Origin: Burkholderiales bacterium
GTDB lineage: Bacteria > Pseudomonadota > Gammaproteobacteria > Burkholderiales > JACQAP01
Direction of reading: 5' to 3'
DNA length: 64,000 bases
Assembly: GCA_035548375.1 (NCBI GenBank)
Contig: DASZTG010000021.1
Location: forward strand, 138,646-202,645
The notes beneath the pieces were generated by a model, which had not been told where the DNA came from, searched no databases, and saw only the letters and a list, made by a program, of their open reading frames with translations. Positions 29,660 through 38,841 of this stretch are shown piece after piece. The translations under genes and the position numbers were made by a program. Position 1 is the first letter of the stretch, and each line of letters starts with the position of its first letter.

Positions 29660-31122
29660 TGGCGGCAACCGAAGGGCTGCGCAAGCAGGCGCCGCAGATC
29701 GGGGACCTGGCGCGCCTGCCCGCGGCCGACCTGCTGGAGGGCTACCGCACCGGAAGCTTCTCGCCCACCGACGTCATCGAAGAAGTCATCGATGCCCTCG
29801 AGGAGACGAACGCGGTTTGCAACGTGATGGCCGCGCCGATGTTCGAGACCGCCCGTAACGAAGCAAAGGCGGCGACCAGGGCGTGGCGCAGCGGTTCGCT
29901 CGTCGGGCCGCTGGCCGGCGTGCCGGTCACGGTGAAGGACCTGATATTCGTCGCGGGCGTGCCCGCGCGCGGCGGCGCGCCGGTGTTCAGGGATTTCGTG
30001 CCGGAAGCGGATTCGGCGGTGGTGACTTCGTTGCGCAAGGCCGGCGCGATCCTCACCTGCAAGACGACCACTTGCGAATCGGGCTACAAGCTCACCGCCG
30101 ACAGTCCCGTCACGGGCATCACGCGCAATCCGTGGCGGCTCGACCGCACCAGCGGCGGCTCCAGCGGCGGTGCCGCGGCCGGCGTTGCTGCCGGCTGCGG
30201 ACCGCTCGCGGTCGGGACGGACGGCGTCGGCTCGATCCGGGTGCCGTCGTCGTTCTGCGGCGTGTTCGGCATCAAGCCGACGTTCGGCCTCGTGCCGCGC
30301 TCGCCGGGCTTTTCGCCGCCGTCTTGGGCATCGCTGGCGCATACCGGACCGATCGCCCGCAATGTGCGTGATGCGGCGCTTTTGCTCGAAGTCATCGCAG
30401 GGCACGACGCGCGCGACGCGGCAAGCTTGCCGGTCGGCAAGCGCACCTATGACGTACAGCCCGGTCGCCTAGACGGCGTTCGCATTGCATTCACGCCGGA
30501 TCTGGGCTTCGCGGCCGTCTCGCCTGAAGTGCGCGCCGCATTTACCGCTGCGCTGACGGTATTCACCAACCTCGGCGCCGAGCTCATCGCGGACGACGTC
30601 GGCCTCGATCCGGAGGTGCTCGAGCGCACGATCAAGCCGATCGCCTACACGGAACAGGCCGCAGCGGTGTTGGCGCGAAACCCGGAGGCCATGGCGCTGT
30701 CGGATCGCGAATATCAGGACGTCATCGCGCGAGGGCGCCAATACCAGGGTGTCGAATACATCGACGCCACGTATCGGCGCACGGCCTTGCGCGGCCAGTT
30801 CCTGAAGGTCTTCCAGCGTGCGCAGTTGCTGGTGACGCCAACCGTTGCGGTGACCGCCTTCGGTGCGGGCAAGCTGGGCGTGGGAAAAATCGACGATCGC
30901 GCGGTGGATTTGCACCTGGGCTGGTCGCCGTTTTCGTGGCCGATCAACCTGGCCGGCTTGCCGGCGGCGACCATTCCCTGCGGATTCGACGCGGACGGCC
31001 TGCCGATCGGGCTGCAGATCGTCGCGCCGTGGCTGGAAGAGCAGCGTATTTTTCGCGCGGCCGCCGCGTACGAAGCGGCGGCGCCGTTTTCAGGCCGCTG
31101 GCCGGGATTCCTGGGCGGATGA
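29656..31122 (+). CDS. Amidase (amidase-signature family, GatA-like)
   Basis: ATGA overlap with the coxM stop. GGSSGGAAAGVAAG signature and the VKDLI Lys region. Confidence 0.85.
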   Translation: MMAATEGLRKQAPQIGDLARLPAADLLEGYRTGSFSPTDVIEEVIDALEETNAVCNVMAAPMFETARNEAKAATRAWRSGSLVGPLAGVPVTVKDLIFVAGVPARGGAPVFRDFVPEADSAVVTSLRKAGAILTCKTTTCESGYKLTADSPVTGITRNPWRLDRTSGGSSGGAAAGVAAGCGPLAVGTDGVGSIRVPSSFCGVFGIKPTFGLVPRSPGFSPPSWASLAHTGPIARNVRDAALLLEVIAGHDARDAASLPVGKRTYDVQPGRLDGVRIAFTPDLGFAAVSPEVRAAFTAALTVFTNLGAELIADDVGLDPEVLERTIKPIAYTEQAAAVLARNPEAMALSDREYQDVIARGRQYQGVEYIDATYRRTALRGQFLKVFQRAQLLVTPTVAVTAFGAGKLGVGKIDDRAVDLHLGWSPFSWPINLAGLPAATIPCGFDADGLPIGLQIVAPWLEEQRIFRAAAAYEAAAPFSGRWPGFLGG

Positions 31123-32079
31123 CGGGCGGCGCGCGCCGGAAATATCGGTGACCGCAGCCCCCGCTTTTTTCTGGTCGCCGGCCGCTTTCCCCGCCGGTTC
31201 GAGCGCCGCACGCGCGTCGGTCAACGTGCCGAGGTAGTGCGCGAGGTATTCGTGCAGGGCCGTCGCGGCGGGCGTGCTCTGGCCGGAGGCGCGGTAGAGC
31301 AGCAAGTCGACTTTTGGCAACGGCGGGAAATATTCGTTGATGCCGATCTGCTTCATGCCGTGCACGAGCGCACTCTTGCACAGCACGGTGACCGCCATGC
31401 CCGCGAACACCGCGGCCTGGAGTCCGCCGACGCTTTCGCTCACGCAGGCGATTTTCCATTTGCGGCCCTGGCGTTCGAGGCCTTCGATCGCGTGGTCGCG
31501 ATAAATGTTTCCCGGGGGCAGCACGGCGAGCGGCACGGGTTCCGCCAGATGCACGTCCGCGCCTTCGCCCATCGCCCAGATCAGTTGTTCCTGCCTCACC
31601 ACCTGGCCTCCCGTGAAGCCCGGCAGGCGCGTGACCAGCGCGATGTCGACCTCGCCGTGCTGCACGAGATTCACCAGCGGCGTCGACAGCGAACAGCGCA
31701 GCTCGACCTGGATCTTCGGAAAGGATTTGCGAAACAGCGCGAGGATGGACGGCAGCAGGTAGGCCGCATAAAGATCGGGTGTGCCAAGCACGACATGGCC
31801 TTCGATGTCCGGGGACGCCAGCTTGGTCAGCAGTTCGTCATGCAGCCGCAATATCGATTTCGCGTAGGACAGCACGAGGTCGCCCTCGTCCGTCAGCACC
31901 GGCCGGCGGCTATCCGGCCTGAACAGGATTTTCCCGGTCAGGTCTTCGAGGCGCTTCATTTGCAACGTGATCGCGGGCTGGGTGCGGCCGAGCCGGCGCG
32001 CGGTCTCGGTCACGCTGCCGGTCTCGACGACGGAGATGAAGGAACGCAGCACGCGCATGTCGACGCTGAAAAAGCTCAT
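31090..32079 (-). CDS. LysR-family transcriptional regulator
   Basis: ATG 32079. HTH SVTETARRLGRTQPAITLQMKRLE. The 3' end converges on and overlaps the amidase by 33 nt. Confidence 0.85.
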   Translation of the reverse strand: MSFFSVDMRVLRSFISVVETGSVTETARRLGRTQPAITLQMKRLEDLTGKILFRPDSRRPVLTDEGDLVLSYAKSILRLHDELLTKLASPDIEGHVVLGTPDLYAAYLLPSILALFRKSFPKIQVELRCSLSTPLVNLVQHGEVDIALVTRLPGFTGGQVVRQEQLIWAMGEGADVHLAEPVPLAVLPPGNIYRDHAIEGLERQGRKWKIACVSESVGGLQAAVFAGMAVTVLCKSALVHGMKQIGINEYFPPLPKVDLLLYRASGQSTPAATALHEYLAHYLGTLTDARAALEPAGKAAGDQKKAGAAVTDISGARRPSSAQESRPAA

Positions 32080-32230
32080 GGTGGGGGAGACCGGCAGTGA
32101 AATCGGATGTCCGGCCTGTATCGATGCAAGAAGCGTGCGCTTGTAAAATCCGTGGCTTAGGTTGGGATCGCGCAACTGGATGCCCGATCCCGGGCATGCG
32201 CCGGCGATCCGGCACCCCGATGGTGCGCAA

Positions 32231-33391
32231 TCACGCGGCGATGGCGGACGGTCGAGAATGGCGCAGCGAGCGCGCGAGATCGGTCAGGCTGTCGATGTTG
32301 TGGGCCGGCAGGAAAGCGTCGACATGCGGCAACATCAGTTTCACGCCCGCGGCTTTCGGCTCGAAATCCTCGAAGCGCAGCAGCGGATTCAGCCAGATCA
32401 ACTGGTGGCACGACTTGTGAAGGCGTTCGATCTGCTTGCCGAGGTCGTCGCCAGGATCGCGGTCCAGCCCGTCGCTGATCAGCATGACCACGGCGTTCTG
32501 GCCGAGCACGCGGCGCGACCAGCGCTGGTTGAATTCCTTCAGGGTGGCGCCGATGCGAGTGCCGCCCGACCAGTCCTCGACCAGTCCCGATACCGCGTTG
32601 AGCGCGACATCGACGTCGCGATGCCGCAGTTGCCGCGTGATGTTGGTGAGTCGCGTGCCGAACACGAAGCTCTGCACGCGGTCGCGATCGTTCGTGATCG
32701 CGTGCAGGAAGTGCAGGAACATGCGCGAATAACGGCTCATCGAGCCGGAGATGTCGCACAGCACGACGAGCGGCGGATGCAGCTTGCGCACGGAACGCCG
32801 GCGCAGCGGAATGACGTCGGCGTTGCCCCGCAGGCTTGCACGCAAGGTCGCACGCAGGTCGACGTGCCTTCCCCGGGCGTCCGGATGCAATCGCCGCGTC
32901 GCCACCTCGGGGATTGGCAGCCGCAGTCCGGCGATGAGCTTCTTCGCCTCGGCGAGTTCTTCCGACGTCATGGTTTCGAAGTCCTTGCGCTGCAATTTTT
33001 CCAGGTCGGACGCGCTCAACAGGACCTCGGGTTCCTCGTCCTGGTAGCCGGCCTTCATCGGCATTTTCCGCGTGAGGCCGAGCGCCTCCGCGATGCGGTT
33101 CGGTGCCTTGTTCGGATCGGTTTTCATGCCGGTGGCGGACGGCAGGGCGGGCATCGCCTGTTCCAGCAGGTGGCGCTCGCGCCAGAACAGTTTGAACGCC
33201 TGGTCGAATAGTTCGAAATGTTCGCGACGCGAGAGGAATACCGACGCCAGCGTCCAGTAAAAATCCTCGCGTCGCTCGATGCCGGCGATCTGCAGCGCGC
33301 GCAGGCCGTCGAGCACGCGATCGGGACCGACGGTAATGCCGGCGCGGCGCAGCGCGCGGGCAAAATGGGCGATGTTTTCAGCGAGCTTCAT
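32231..33391 (-). CDS. coxE: vWA-domain protein, CoxE-like maturation factor
   Basis: MKLAENIAHFARALRRAGI... is a CoxE-type N-terminus. MIDAS motif VVLCDISGSMSRY. Confidence 0.85.
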   Translation of the reverse strand: MKLAENIAHFARALRRAGITVGPDRVLDGLRALQIAGIERREDFYWTLASVFLSRREHFELFDQAFKLFWRERHLLEQAMPALPSATGMKTDPNKAPNRIAEALGLTRKMPMKAGYQDEEPEVLLSASDLEKLQRKDFETMTSEELAEAKKLIAGLRLPIPEVATRRLHPDARGRHVDLRATLRASLRGNADVIPLRRRSVRKLHPPLVVLCDISGSMSRYSRMFLHFLHAITNDRDRVQSFVFGTRLTNITRQLRHRDVDVALNAVSGLVEDWSGGTRIGATLKEFNQRWSRRVLGQNAVVMLISDGLDRDPGDDLGKQIERLHKSCHQLIWLNPLLRFEDFEPKAAGVKLMLPHVDAFLPAHNIDSLTDLARSLRHSRPSAIAA

Positions 33392-33831
33392 CTAGTGCCT
33401 ACACCCGACGCAAAGGCGCAAAGAACGCAAAGGTCGCGAAGAAGGACAACAAGTTGGAGATTGTTAACGACACGCTTGATAGATTGACGCAGAACGGCAG
33501 AGTTGAAGTTGATCAGTAGTCCAAGCTTCTTATCGGAAAGGCGCAGATAACTCAGGAGCTGGGCTTCATGAACTGGAAGAACATGCTCGATCGATTTGAC
33601 TTCGACGATCAGCATGTCGTTTACCAGTATATCCAGACGCAAACTACCTTCCAGCCGCTGACCCTTGTAGATAACCTCGACTTCCGCTTGCCGGGTTACC
33701 GCGAGCCCTCTCGATTTCAGTTCGATCGCAAGAGCTTCTTCGTAGAGGAATTCCAGAAGACCGGGGCCAAGCTCTTTGTGCACTTCGATCGCCGCGCCGA
33801 TAACTTCATGGGATAGGGCATTTTCATCCAT
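33388..33831 (-). CDS. GxxExxY protein (PD-(D/E)XK nuclease-fold, PDDEXK_3-like)
   Basis: GLLEFLY is the GxxExxY motif. RLDILVND...IVEVKS is a D...ExK core. The last roughly 20 codons (LLRDLCVLCAFASGVGTR) are the translated repeat arm. Its stop overlaps the coxE start (ATGA). Confidence 0.85.
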   Translation of the reverse strand: MDENALSHEVIGAAIEVHKELGPGLLEFLYEEALAIELKSRGLAVTRQAEVEVIYKGQRLEGSLRLDILVNDMLIVEVKSIEHVLPVHEAQLLSYLRLSDKKLGLLINFNSAVLRQSIKRVVNNLQLVVLLRDLCVLCAFASGVGTR

Positions 33832-33932
33832 CCGCGTTCCCCCAAAGCTCCGATGGCACTGGCGCGCCCCGTCGTCTCGCTGGCTTTCCTTTGCGACCTT
33901 TGCGTTCTTTGCGCCTTTGCGTTGGGTGTAGA
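33399..33932. mobile_element. Cassette 6: full-length inverted-repeat cassette carrying a GxxExxY ORF
   Basis: The left arm is ctacacccgacgcaaaggcgcaaagaacgcaaaggtcgcgaagaagg. The reverse complement of the right arm (33885-33932) is ctacacccaacgcaaaggcgcaaagaacgcaaaggtcgcaaaggaaag, about 44/47 identical. The arms bracket a 439-bp lower-GC insert between coxD and coxE. Confidence 0.8.
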
Positions 33933-33941
33933 CGCCAGGTA

Positions 33942-34862
33942 CTAACGATTGGCGATTTCTTCGAGTATTCTTGCCGCTTGAGTTCCGCGGACGGCGGCGA
34001 TGTCGTCCTGGTACTTGAGCAGGACGCCGAGGGTGTCGTCGACGACGCCGGGGTCCAGGGACCGGCGATCCAGTTCCAGCAGCGCACGGGCCCAGTCGAT
34101 CGTCTCGGCCACCCCGGGTTTCTTGAAGAGCTCGGAGGCGCGCAGCTTCTGCACGAAGGCGACGATTTCGCCGGAGAGTTTTTCCGCGATGCCGGGAACC
34201 TTGCGGCGGACGATCTCGAGTTCGGCACTCGCCGCCGGATAGTCCACCCAGTGATAGAGGCAGCGGCGCTTGACCGCGTCGTGAATTTCACGCGTCCGAT
34301 TGGACGTGATGACGACGATGGGCGGGCGCTGCGCCTCGATCGTGCCGATCTCGGGAATGGTGACCTGGAAGTCGGCCAGCACTTCCAGCAGATAGGCCTC
34401 GAACGGCTCGTCGGTGCGATCGAGCTCGTCGATCAGCAGCACCGGCGCCAGGCCGTCGGCCGAATCCATTGCCTGCAGCAACGGGCGGCGAATCAGGAAG
34501 CGTTCGTCGAAGATGTCCTTTTCGAGTTTTTCCCGTGCTCCCGCGCCTGCGGCTTCGGCCATGCGGATCTCGATCATCTGCCGCTGGTAGTTCCACTCAT
34601 ACACCGCCGAGGCGACGTCGAGTCCCTCGTAGCACTGCAGGCGGATCAGGCGACGGCCGAGGACCTGCGCCAGAACCTTGGCGATTTCGGTCTTGCCGAC
34701 GCCCGCTTCGCCCTCGAGGAACAAGGGCCGCTGCATGCGCAACGCCAGGAACACGGCGGTTGCGAGCGATCGTTCGGCGACATATTCGCCGGATGCAAGC
34801 AGCGCCAGCGTCGCGTCTATGGATTCCGGAACCTCACTTGCCAAGGGCCTGCTCCACGGCAC
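33942..34862 (-). CDS. coxD: MoxR-type AAA+ ATPase, CoxD-like
   Basis: Walker A GEAGVGKT and Walker B LLIDELDR. The start is uncertain (GTG 34862 or TTG 34845); both overlap the coxM 3' end. Confidence 0.85.
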   Translation of the reverse strand: MPWSRPLASEVPESIDATLALLASGEYVAERSLATAVFLALRMQRPLFLEGEAGVGKTEIAKVLAQVLGRRLIRLQCYEGLDVASAVYEWNYQRQMIEIRMAEAAGAGAREKLEKDIFDERFLIRRPLLQAMDSADGLAPVLLIDELDRTDEPFEAYLLEVLADFQVTIPEIGTIEAQRPPIVVITSNRTREIHDAVKRRCLYHWVDYPAASAELEIVRRKVPGIAEKLSGEIVAFVQKLRASELFKKPGVAETIDWARALLELDRRSLDPGVVDDTLGVLLKYQDDIAAVRGTQAARILEEIANR

Positions 34863-35634
34863 GCTTCGCCATGACGGTGATCAGGTGCGCGCGGTATTCG
34901 GCACTGGCATGGATGTCCGAATTGAGATCCGCGGACGACACCTTCACCGCGGCGACGGCATCGGCGGTGAAGGATTTCGCGAGCCCTTTCTCCATGTCGG
35001 CGACACGAAATACGCTCGGACCTGCACCGGTCACGGCAACGCGAATGCCGCCTGACGCTTCGGCGACGAATACGCCGACCATCGCATAACGCGAAGCCGG
35101 GTTCTTGAATTTCGCGTATCCGGCGCGCTTCGGCGCCGGGAAGGAAATCGACGTAATGATCTCGCCGGGTTCGAGCGCCGTTTCGTACATGCCGGTGAAG
35201 AACTGGTCCGCAGGGATCTTGCGCTTGTTCGTGGAAATCGTCGCACCCAGGCCGACGACGGCTGCGGGATAGTCCGCCGCCGGATCGTTGTTGGCGACCG
35301 ACCCACCCATCGTGCCCATGTTGCGAACCATCGGGTCGCCGATGCTGGCCGCGAGATGCGCAAGCGCGGGAATGGCCTTCGCGACTTCCTTCGAGGCGGC
35401 GACGGTCGCGTGGGTCGTCATCGCGCCGATGGTCACGGTATTGCCCTCGACCTTGATGCCGCGCAATTCGCCGATGCCGCCGAGGTCGATGACGTCGGCG
35501 GGTGCCGCGAGGCGCATCTTCATCGCGGCAATCAGTGTCTGGCCGCCCGCGAGGATCTTTGCGTCGGACGATGCCGACAGCTTTGCCGTCGCGTCCGCGA
35601 CGCTCGAGGCCTTGTGGTAGTTGAATGCGTGCAT
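34834..35634 (-). CDS. coxM: FAD-binding medium subunit (CoxM-like), second copy
   Basis: AGGAGG then ATG 35634. LAGGQTLIAAMK and GTMGGSVANNDPAADYP. Confidence 0.9.
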   Translation of the reverse strand: MHAFNYHKASSVADATAKLSASSDAKILAGGQTLIAAMKMRLAAPADVIDLGGIGELRGIKVEGNTVTIGAMTTHATVAASKEVAKAIPALAHLAASIGDPMVRNMGTMGGSVANNDPAADYPAAVVGLGATISTNKRKIPADQFFTGMYETALEPGEIITSISFPAPKRAGYAKFKNPASRYAMVGVFVAEASGGIRVAVTGAGPSVFRVADMEKGLAKSFTADAVAAVKVSSADLNSDIHASAEYRAHLITVMAKRAVEQALGK

Positions 35635-35655
35635 GTTCTGAATTCCTCCTGCTAT

Positions 35656-35845
35656 TTACACCCAACGCAAAGGCGCAAAGGACGCAAAGAAAGACGAAAA
35701 ACATTCTGGATAAATGAGCCCAAGCATGGCTTGCCATGCCGGGAAGTCATCCTTGGATTGCGAGTGCCACCGAATGGATTCGTTTTCTGATTCATTCTTG
35801 CTTGGCGTTTCCTTTGCGTTCTTTGCGCCTTTGCGTTGGACGTGG
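35656..35845. repeat. Cassette 7: inverted-repeat cassette, CGCAAAG flavour, between coxS and coxM
   Basis: The left arm is ttacacccaacgcaaaggcgcaaaggacgcaaagaaagacg. The reverse complement of the right arm (35805-35845) is ccacgtccaacgcaaaggcgcaaagaacgcaaaggaaacgc. The spacer is 103 bp. Confidence 0.85.
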
Positions 35846-35855
35846 GGTTTCGGCG

Positions 35856-36320
35856 TCAGGCCTTGGCGCCGGCCTGCACGGCCTTGACGATGTTGTGATA
35901 CCCCGTGCAGCGACAGAGATTGCCGTCGAGCTCGGCGCGGATGGTTTCCTCGTCCGGGTTCGGGTGGCGCTTGACCAGGTCGATCGCGCTCATGACCATG
36001 CCCGGCGTGCAGTAGCCGCATTGCAGCCCGTGATGGTCGCGGAACGCGGCCTGCATCGGATGCATGCTGCCGTCGGATTTGGCGAGTCCTTCGATCGTCA
36101 GGACGGTGGCGCCCTGGGCCTGGACGGCGAGCATGTTGCAACACTTCACCGCAACGCCGTTCATGTGGATGGTACAGGCGCCGCACTGGGCGGTATCGCA
36201 GCCGATGTGCGTGCCGGTGAGCCGCAGCGTGTCGCGAATGAAATCGACCAGCAGGGTGCGCGGTTCCACGTCTGCATTGACGGGTTTTCCGTTCACGGTC
36301 ATGGAGAGCCGGACTGGCAT
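35856..36320 (-). CDS. coxS: [2Fe-2S] small subunit (CoxS-like), second copy
   Basis: ATG 36320 ([14 protein letters not shown]...). [16 protein letters not shown] and CRCTGYHNI. The upstream 42 codons of the track ORF are dropped. Confidence 0.9.
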   Translation of the reverse strand: MPVRLSMTVNGKPVNADVEPRTLLVDFIRDTLRLTGTHIGCDTAQCGACTIHMNGVAVKCCNMLAVQAQGATVLTIEGLAKSDGSMHPMQAAFRDHHGLQCGYCTPGMVMSAIDLVKRHPNPDEETIRAELDGNLCRCTGYHNIVKAVQAGAKA

Positions 36321-36473
36321 GGGGTTTTCCCTTCTTGGGCAGGTAGCGCCGGAACGAGCGGCGAGCCGCAATCGTAGACGGCCAGGGCGGCGGCGGCAAC
36401 CGGTACGCCGTTTTCGGACGTGGCGTAAAATCCTGAGGGTTCGCATCCAATACTAAAGACGGGACATAACCCC

Positions 36474-38777
36474 ATGGCAAAGTTCGGGATCGGTCAGGCA
36501 ATGACGCGCAGGGAGGACCAGCGACTGCTGTTCGGCGCCGGCCAGTACGTCGACGACGTGGTGCTGGCAAACGAAACCTTCCTGGCGTTCGTGCGTTCGC
36601 CGCACGCCCACGCCCGGGTCAAATCGATCGATGCGACGCAGGCCAGGAAGATGCCCGGCGTGGTTGCCGTGTTGACGGGCGCCGATCTCAAGGCCGACGG
36701 CATCGGCCCGATTCCGGATGGCGCGGGATTGAAGCGGGCAGACGACAAACCGATGGTGGGCGCGCCGCATGACGTGCTGGTCGTCGACAATGCGCGTTAC
36801 GTCGGACAGCCGGTTGCCGCCGTGATCGCGCAAACCAGAATCCAGGCCGAAGACGCTGCCGAACAGGTCGTCGTGGACTATGAAGAATTGCCCGCGGTCG
36901 TAACCATCGACGCCGCAACCGCAAAAGGCGCCCCGGTCATCTGGCCGGATGCTCCGGGCAACATCGCCGCGCAGACCGAGTTCGGCAAGAAAGACGTCTG
37001 CGACGCGGCTTTCGCCAAGGCGAAGCACGTCACCAGGCTGTCGCTCTACAACCAGCGACTCGTGCCGGTCAGCATGGAGCCGCGCGGCAGCATTGCCGAA
37101 TTCGACGCGGCCAGCGGTCGCGTGACCTTGCGCACGAGCTGCCAGAATCCGGCCGGGTTGCAGAAGACACTTGCGGAAGCCTGCCTGAAGGTGCCGGCAA
37201 AGGACGTCCGCGTAATCGTCGGCGACGTCGGCGGCGGCTTCGGCATGAAAACCCAGCTCTACGCCGAGGACGTGGTGTGTGCATGGGCCGCGCGCAAGCT
37301 CAAGCGCCCCGTGCACTGGCGTGCAAGCCGCAGCGAGGAATTCCTCGGCGGCAATCACGGCCGCGATCAGGTCAACCATGCGGAAATGGCGTTCGATGCG
37401 GAAGGCAAGATCCTCGGCCTGCGCGTGGACATCATCGGCAACATTGGCGCACACGCCAGCGGCCCGGGCGCGGTGATCGTGGTTGCGGTCGGGCCCAAAG
37501 TGATCACGGGCGTCTACCACATCCCCGCGCTGCACCTGCGCGGCACGGCCGTCATGACCAATACCAACCTTGTCGGCGCCTATCGCGGCGCAGGGCGTCC
37601 CGAGGCGATTTATCTGCTCGAGCGCCTGATGGACCAGGCTGCGGCGGAAATGAAAATGGATCCGGCGGAACTGCGCCGGCGCAATTTCATCCAGCCCTCG
37701 CAAATGCCCTACAAGACGCCGATGGGCGAGAAGTTTGACAGCGGCAATTTCCCGCACATGCTGGACCGCATCCTCGAGGCCGCGGACTGGAAAGGCTACC
37801 CGTCGCGTCGCGAGGAATCGAAGAAGCGCGGCAAGCTGCGCGGTCGTGCCTTGTCCACGTTCCTGGAATGGACGGGCGTCGTGCACGAGGAGACGATCAA
37901 CCTGCATGTCGAGGCCGACGGTCGCGTGCTGGTCTATACCGCGATGCAGGCCATGGGGCAGGGCATCGAGACCAGCTACGTGCAGATCCTTTCCGAGACG
38001 CTGGACATCGATCCGGACAAGATCGTCATCGTGCAGGGCGACAGCGACGTCGCGCAGGGCATCGGCAGCATGGGCAGCCGCTCGCTGTATATCGGCGGCT
38101 CCGCGATGCTGACCGCATCGAAGCAAACCATCGAAAAGGGCCGCGAGCTTGCCGGTGACGCGCTCGAGGCATCCGGGCACGACATCGAGTATCGCGACGG
38201 GCGTTTCAAGGTCGCGGGCACGGATCTCGGCATCGGTCTTTTCGATCTGGCTGCGAAGCAGCCCGCGAAACGCATCGCGATCCAGACGCTGCAGAAAGTC
38301 GACGGCCCGTCCTGGCCGAACAGCTGCCACGTCTGCGAGGTCGAGATCGATCCCGAGACCGGCGTCACGCAGATCGTGCGTTACACGACCGTCGACGACG
38401 TGGGCCGCGTGATCAATCCGATGATCGTTGCCGGACAAGTGCACGGCGGCATCGCGCAGGCGGTCGGCCAGGCGCTGCTCGAGAACACCCACTACGATCC
38501 CGAAACCGGCCAGCTTATCACCGGTTCGCTGCTGGATTACTGCCTGCCGCGCGCCGACGACCTGCCGAGCTTCGACACGCACACCGACGAAACGACGCCG
38601 TGCAAGATCAACCCGCTCGGCGCCAAGGGCGTCGGCGAGCTCGGCACGGTGGGCGGCACGCCAACGGTCATGAACGCGGTGATCGACGCGTTGCGGCCGA
38701 TGGGCGTCAAGCAGATCGAGATGCCGGCCACGCCGGAGAAAGTCTGGCGGGCGATCAACCAGGCAAAAGCTGCGTGA
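36474..38777 (+). CDS. coxL: Form-II CoxL-like molybdopterin large subunit, second copy, divergent from its coxS-coxM partners
   Basis: 767 aa with the AYRGAGR loop. Same family as 26396..28801. Confidence 0.85.
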   Translation: MAKFGIGQAMTRREDQRLLFGAGQYVDDVVLANETFLAFVRSPHAHARVKSIDATQARKMPGVVAVLTGADLKADGIGPIPDGAGLKRADDKPMVGAPHDVLVVDNARYVGQPVAAVIAQTRIQAEDAAEQVVVDYEELPAVVTIDAATAKGAPVIWPDAPGNIAAQTEFGKKDVCDAAFAKAKHVTRLSLYNQRLVPVSMEPRGSIAEFDAASGRVTLRTSCQNPAGLQKTLAEACLKVPAKDVRVIVGDVGGGFGMKTQLYAEDVVCAWAARKLKRPVHWRASRSEEFLGGNHGRDQVNHAEMAFDAEGKILGLRVDIIGNIGAHASGPGAVIVVAVGPKVITGVYHIPALHLRGTAVMTNTNLVGAYRGAGRPEAIYLLERLMDQAAAEMKMDPAELRRRNFIQPSQMPYKTPMGEKFDSGNFPHMLDRILEAADWKGYPSRREESKKRGKLRGRALSTFLEWTGVVHEETINLHVEADGRVLVYTAMQAMGQGIETSYVQILSETLDIDPDKIVIVQGDSDVAQGIGSMGSRSLYIGGSAMLTASKQTIEKGRELAGDALEASGHDIEYRDGRFKVAGTDLGIGLFDLAAKQPAKRIAIQTLQKVDGPSWPNSCHVCEVEIDPETGVTQIVRYTTVDDVGRVINPMIVAGQVHGGIAQAVGQALLENTHYDPETGQLITGSLLDYCLPRADDLPSFDTHTDETTPCKINPLGAKGVGELGTVGGTPTVMNAVIDALRPMGVKQIEMPATPEKVWRAINQAKAA

Positions 38778-38793
38778 CTTTCGTTGCGCCATG

Positions 38794-38827
38794 AAAAAAG
38801 CCCCGGATGTCCGGGGCTTTTCGTTTT
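38794..38827. terminator. Bidirectional Rho-independent terminator
   Basis: aaaaaa-agccccgg-atgt-ccggggct-tttcgtttt. An A tract and a T tract flank an 8-bp GC stem. It serves coxL (+) and the minus-strand operon ending at 38842. Confidence 0.8.
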
Positions 38828-38841
38828 GCGCCGAGGGCGGC

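Noticed and set aside
36453-38792. 779-aa minus-strand ORF
   Set aside because: Antisense shadow of the second coxL-like gene, with no recognisable motifs.
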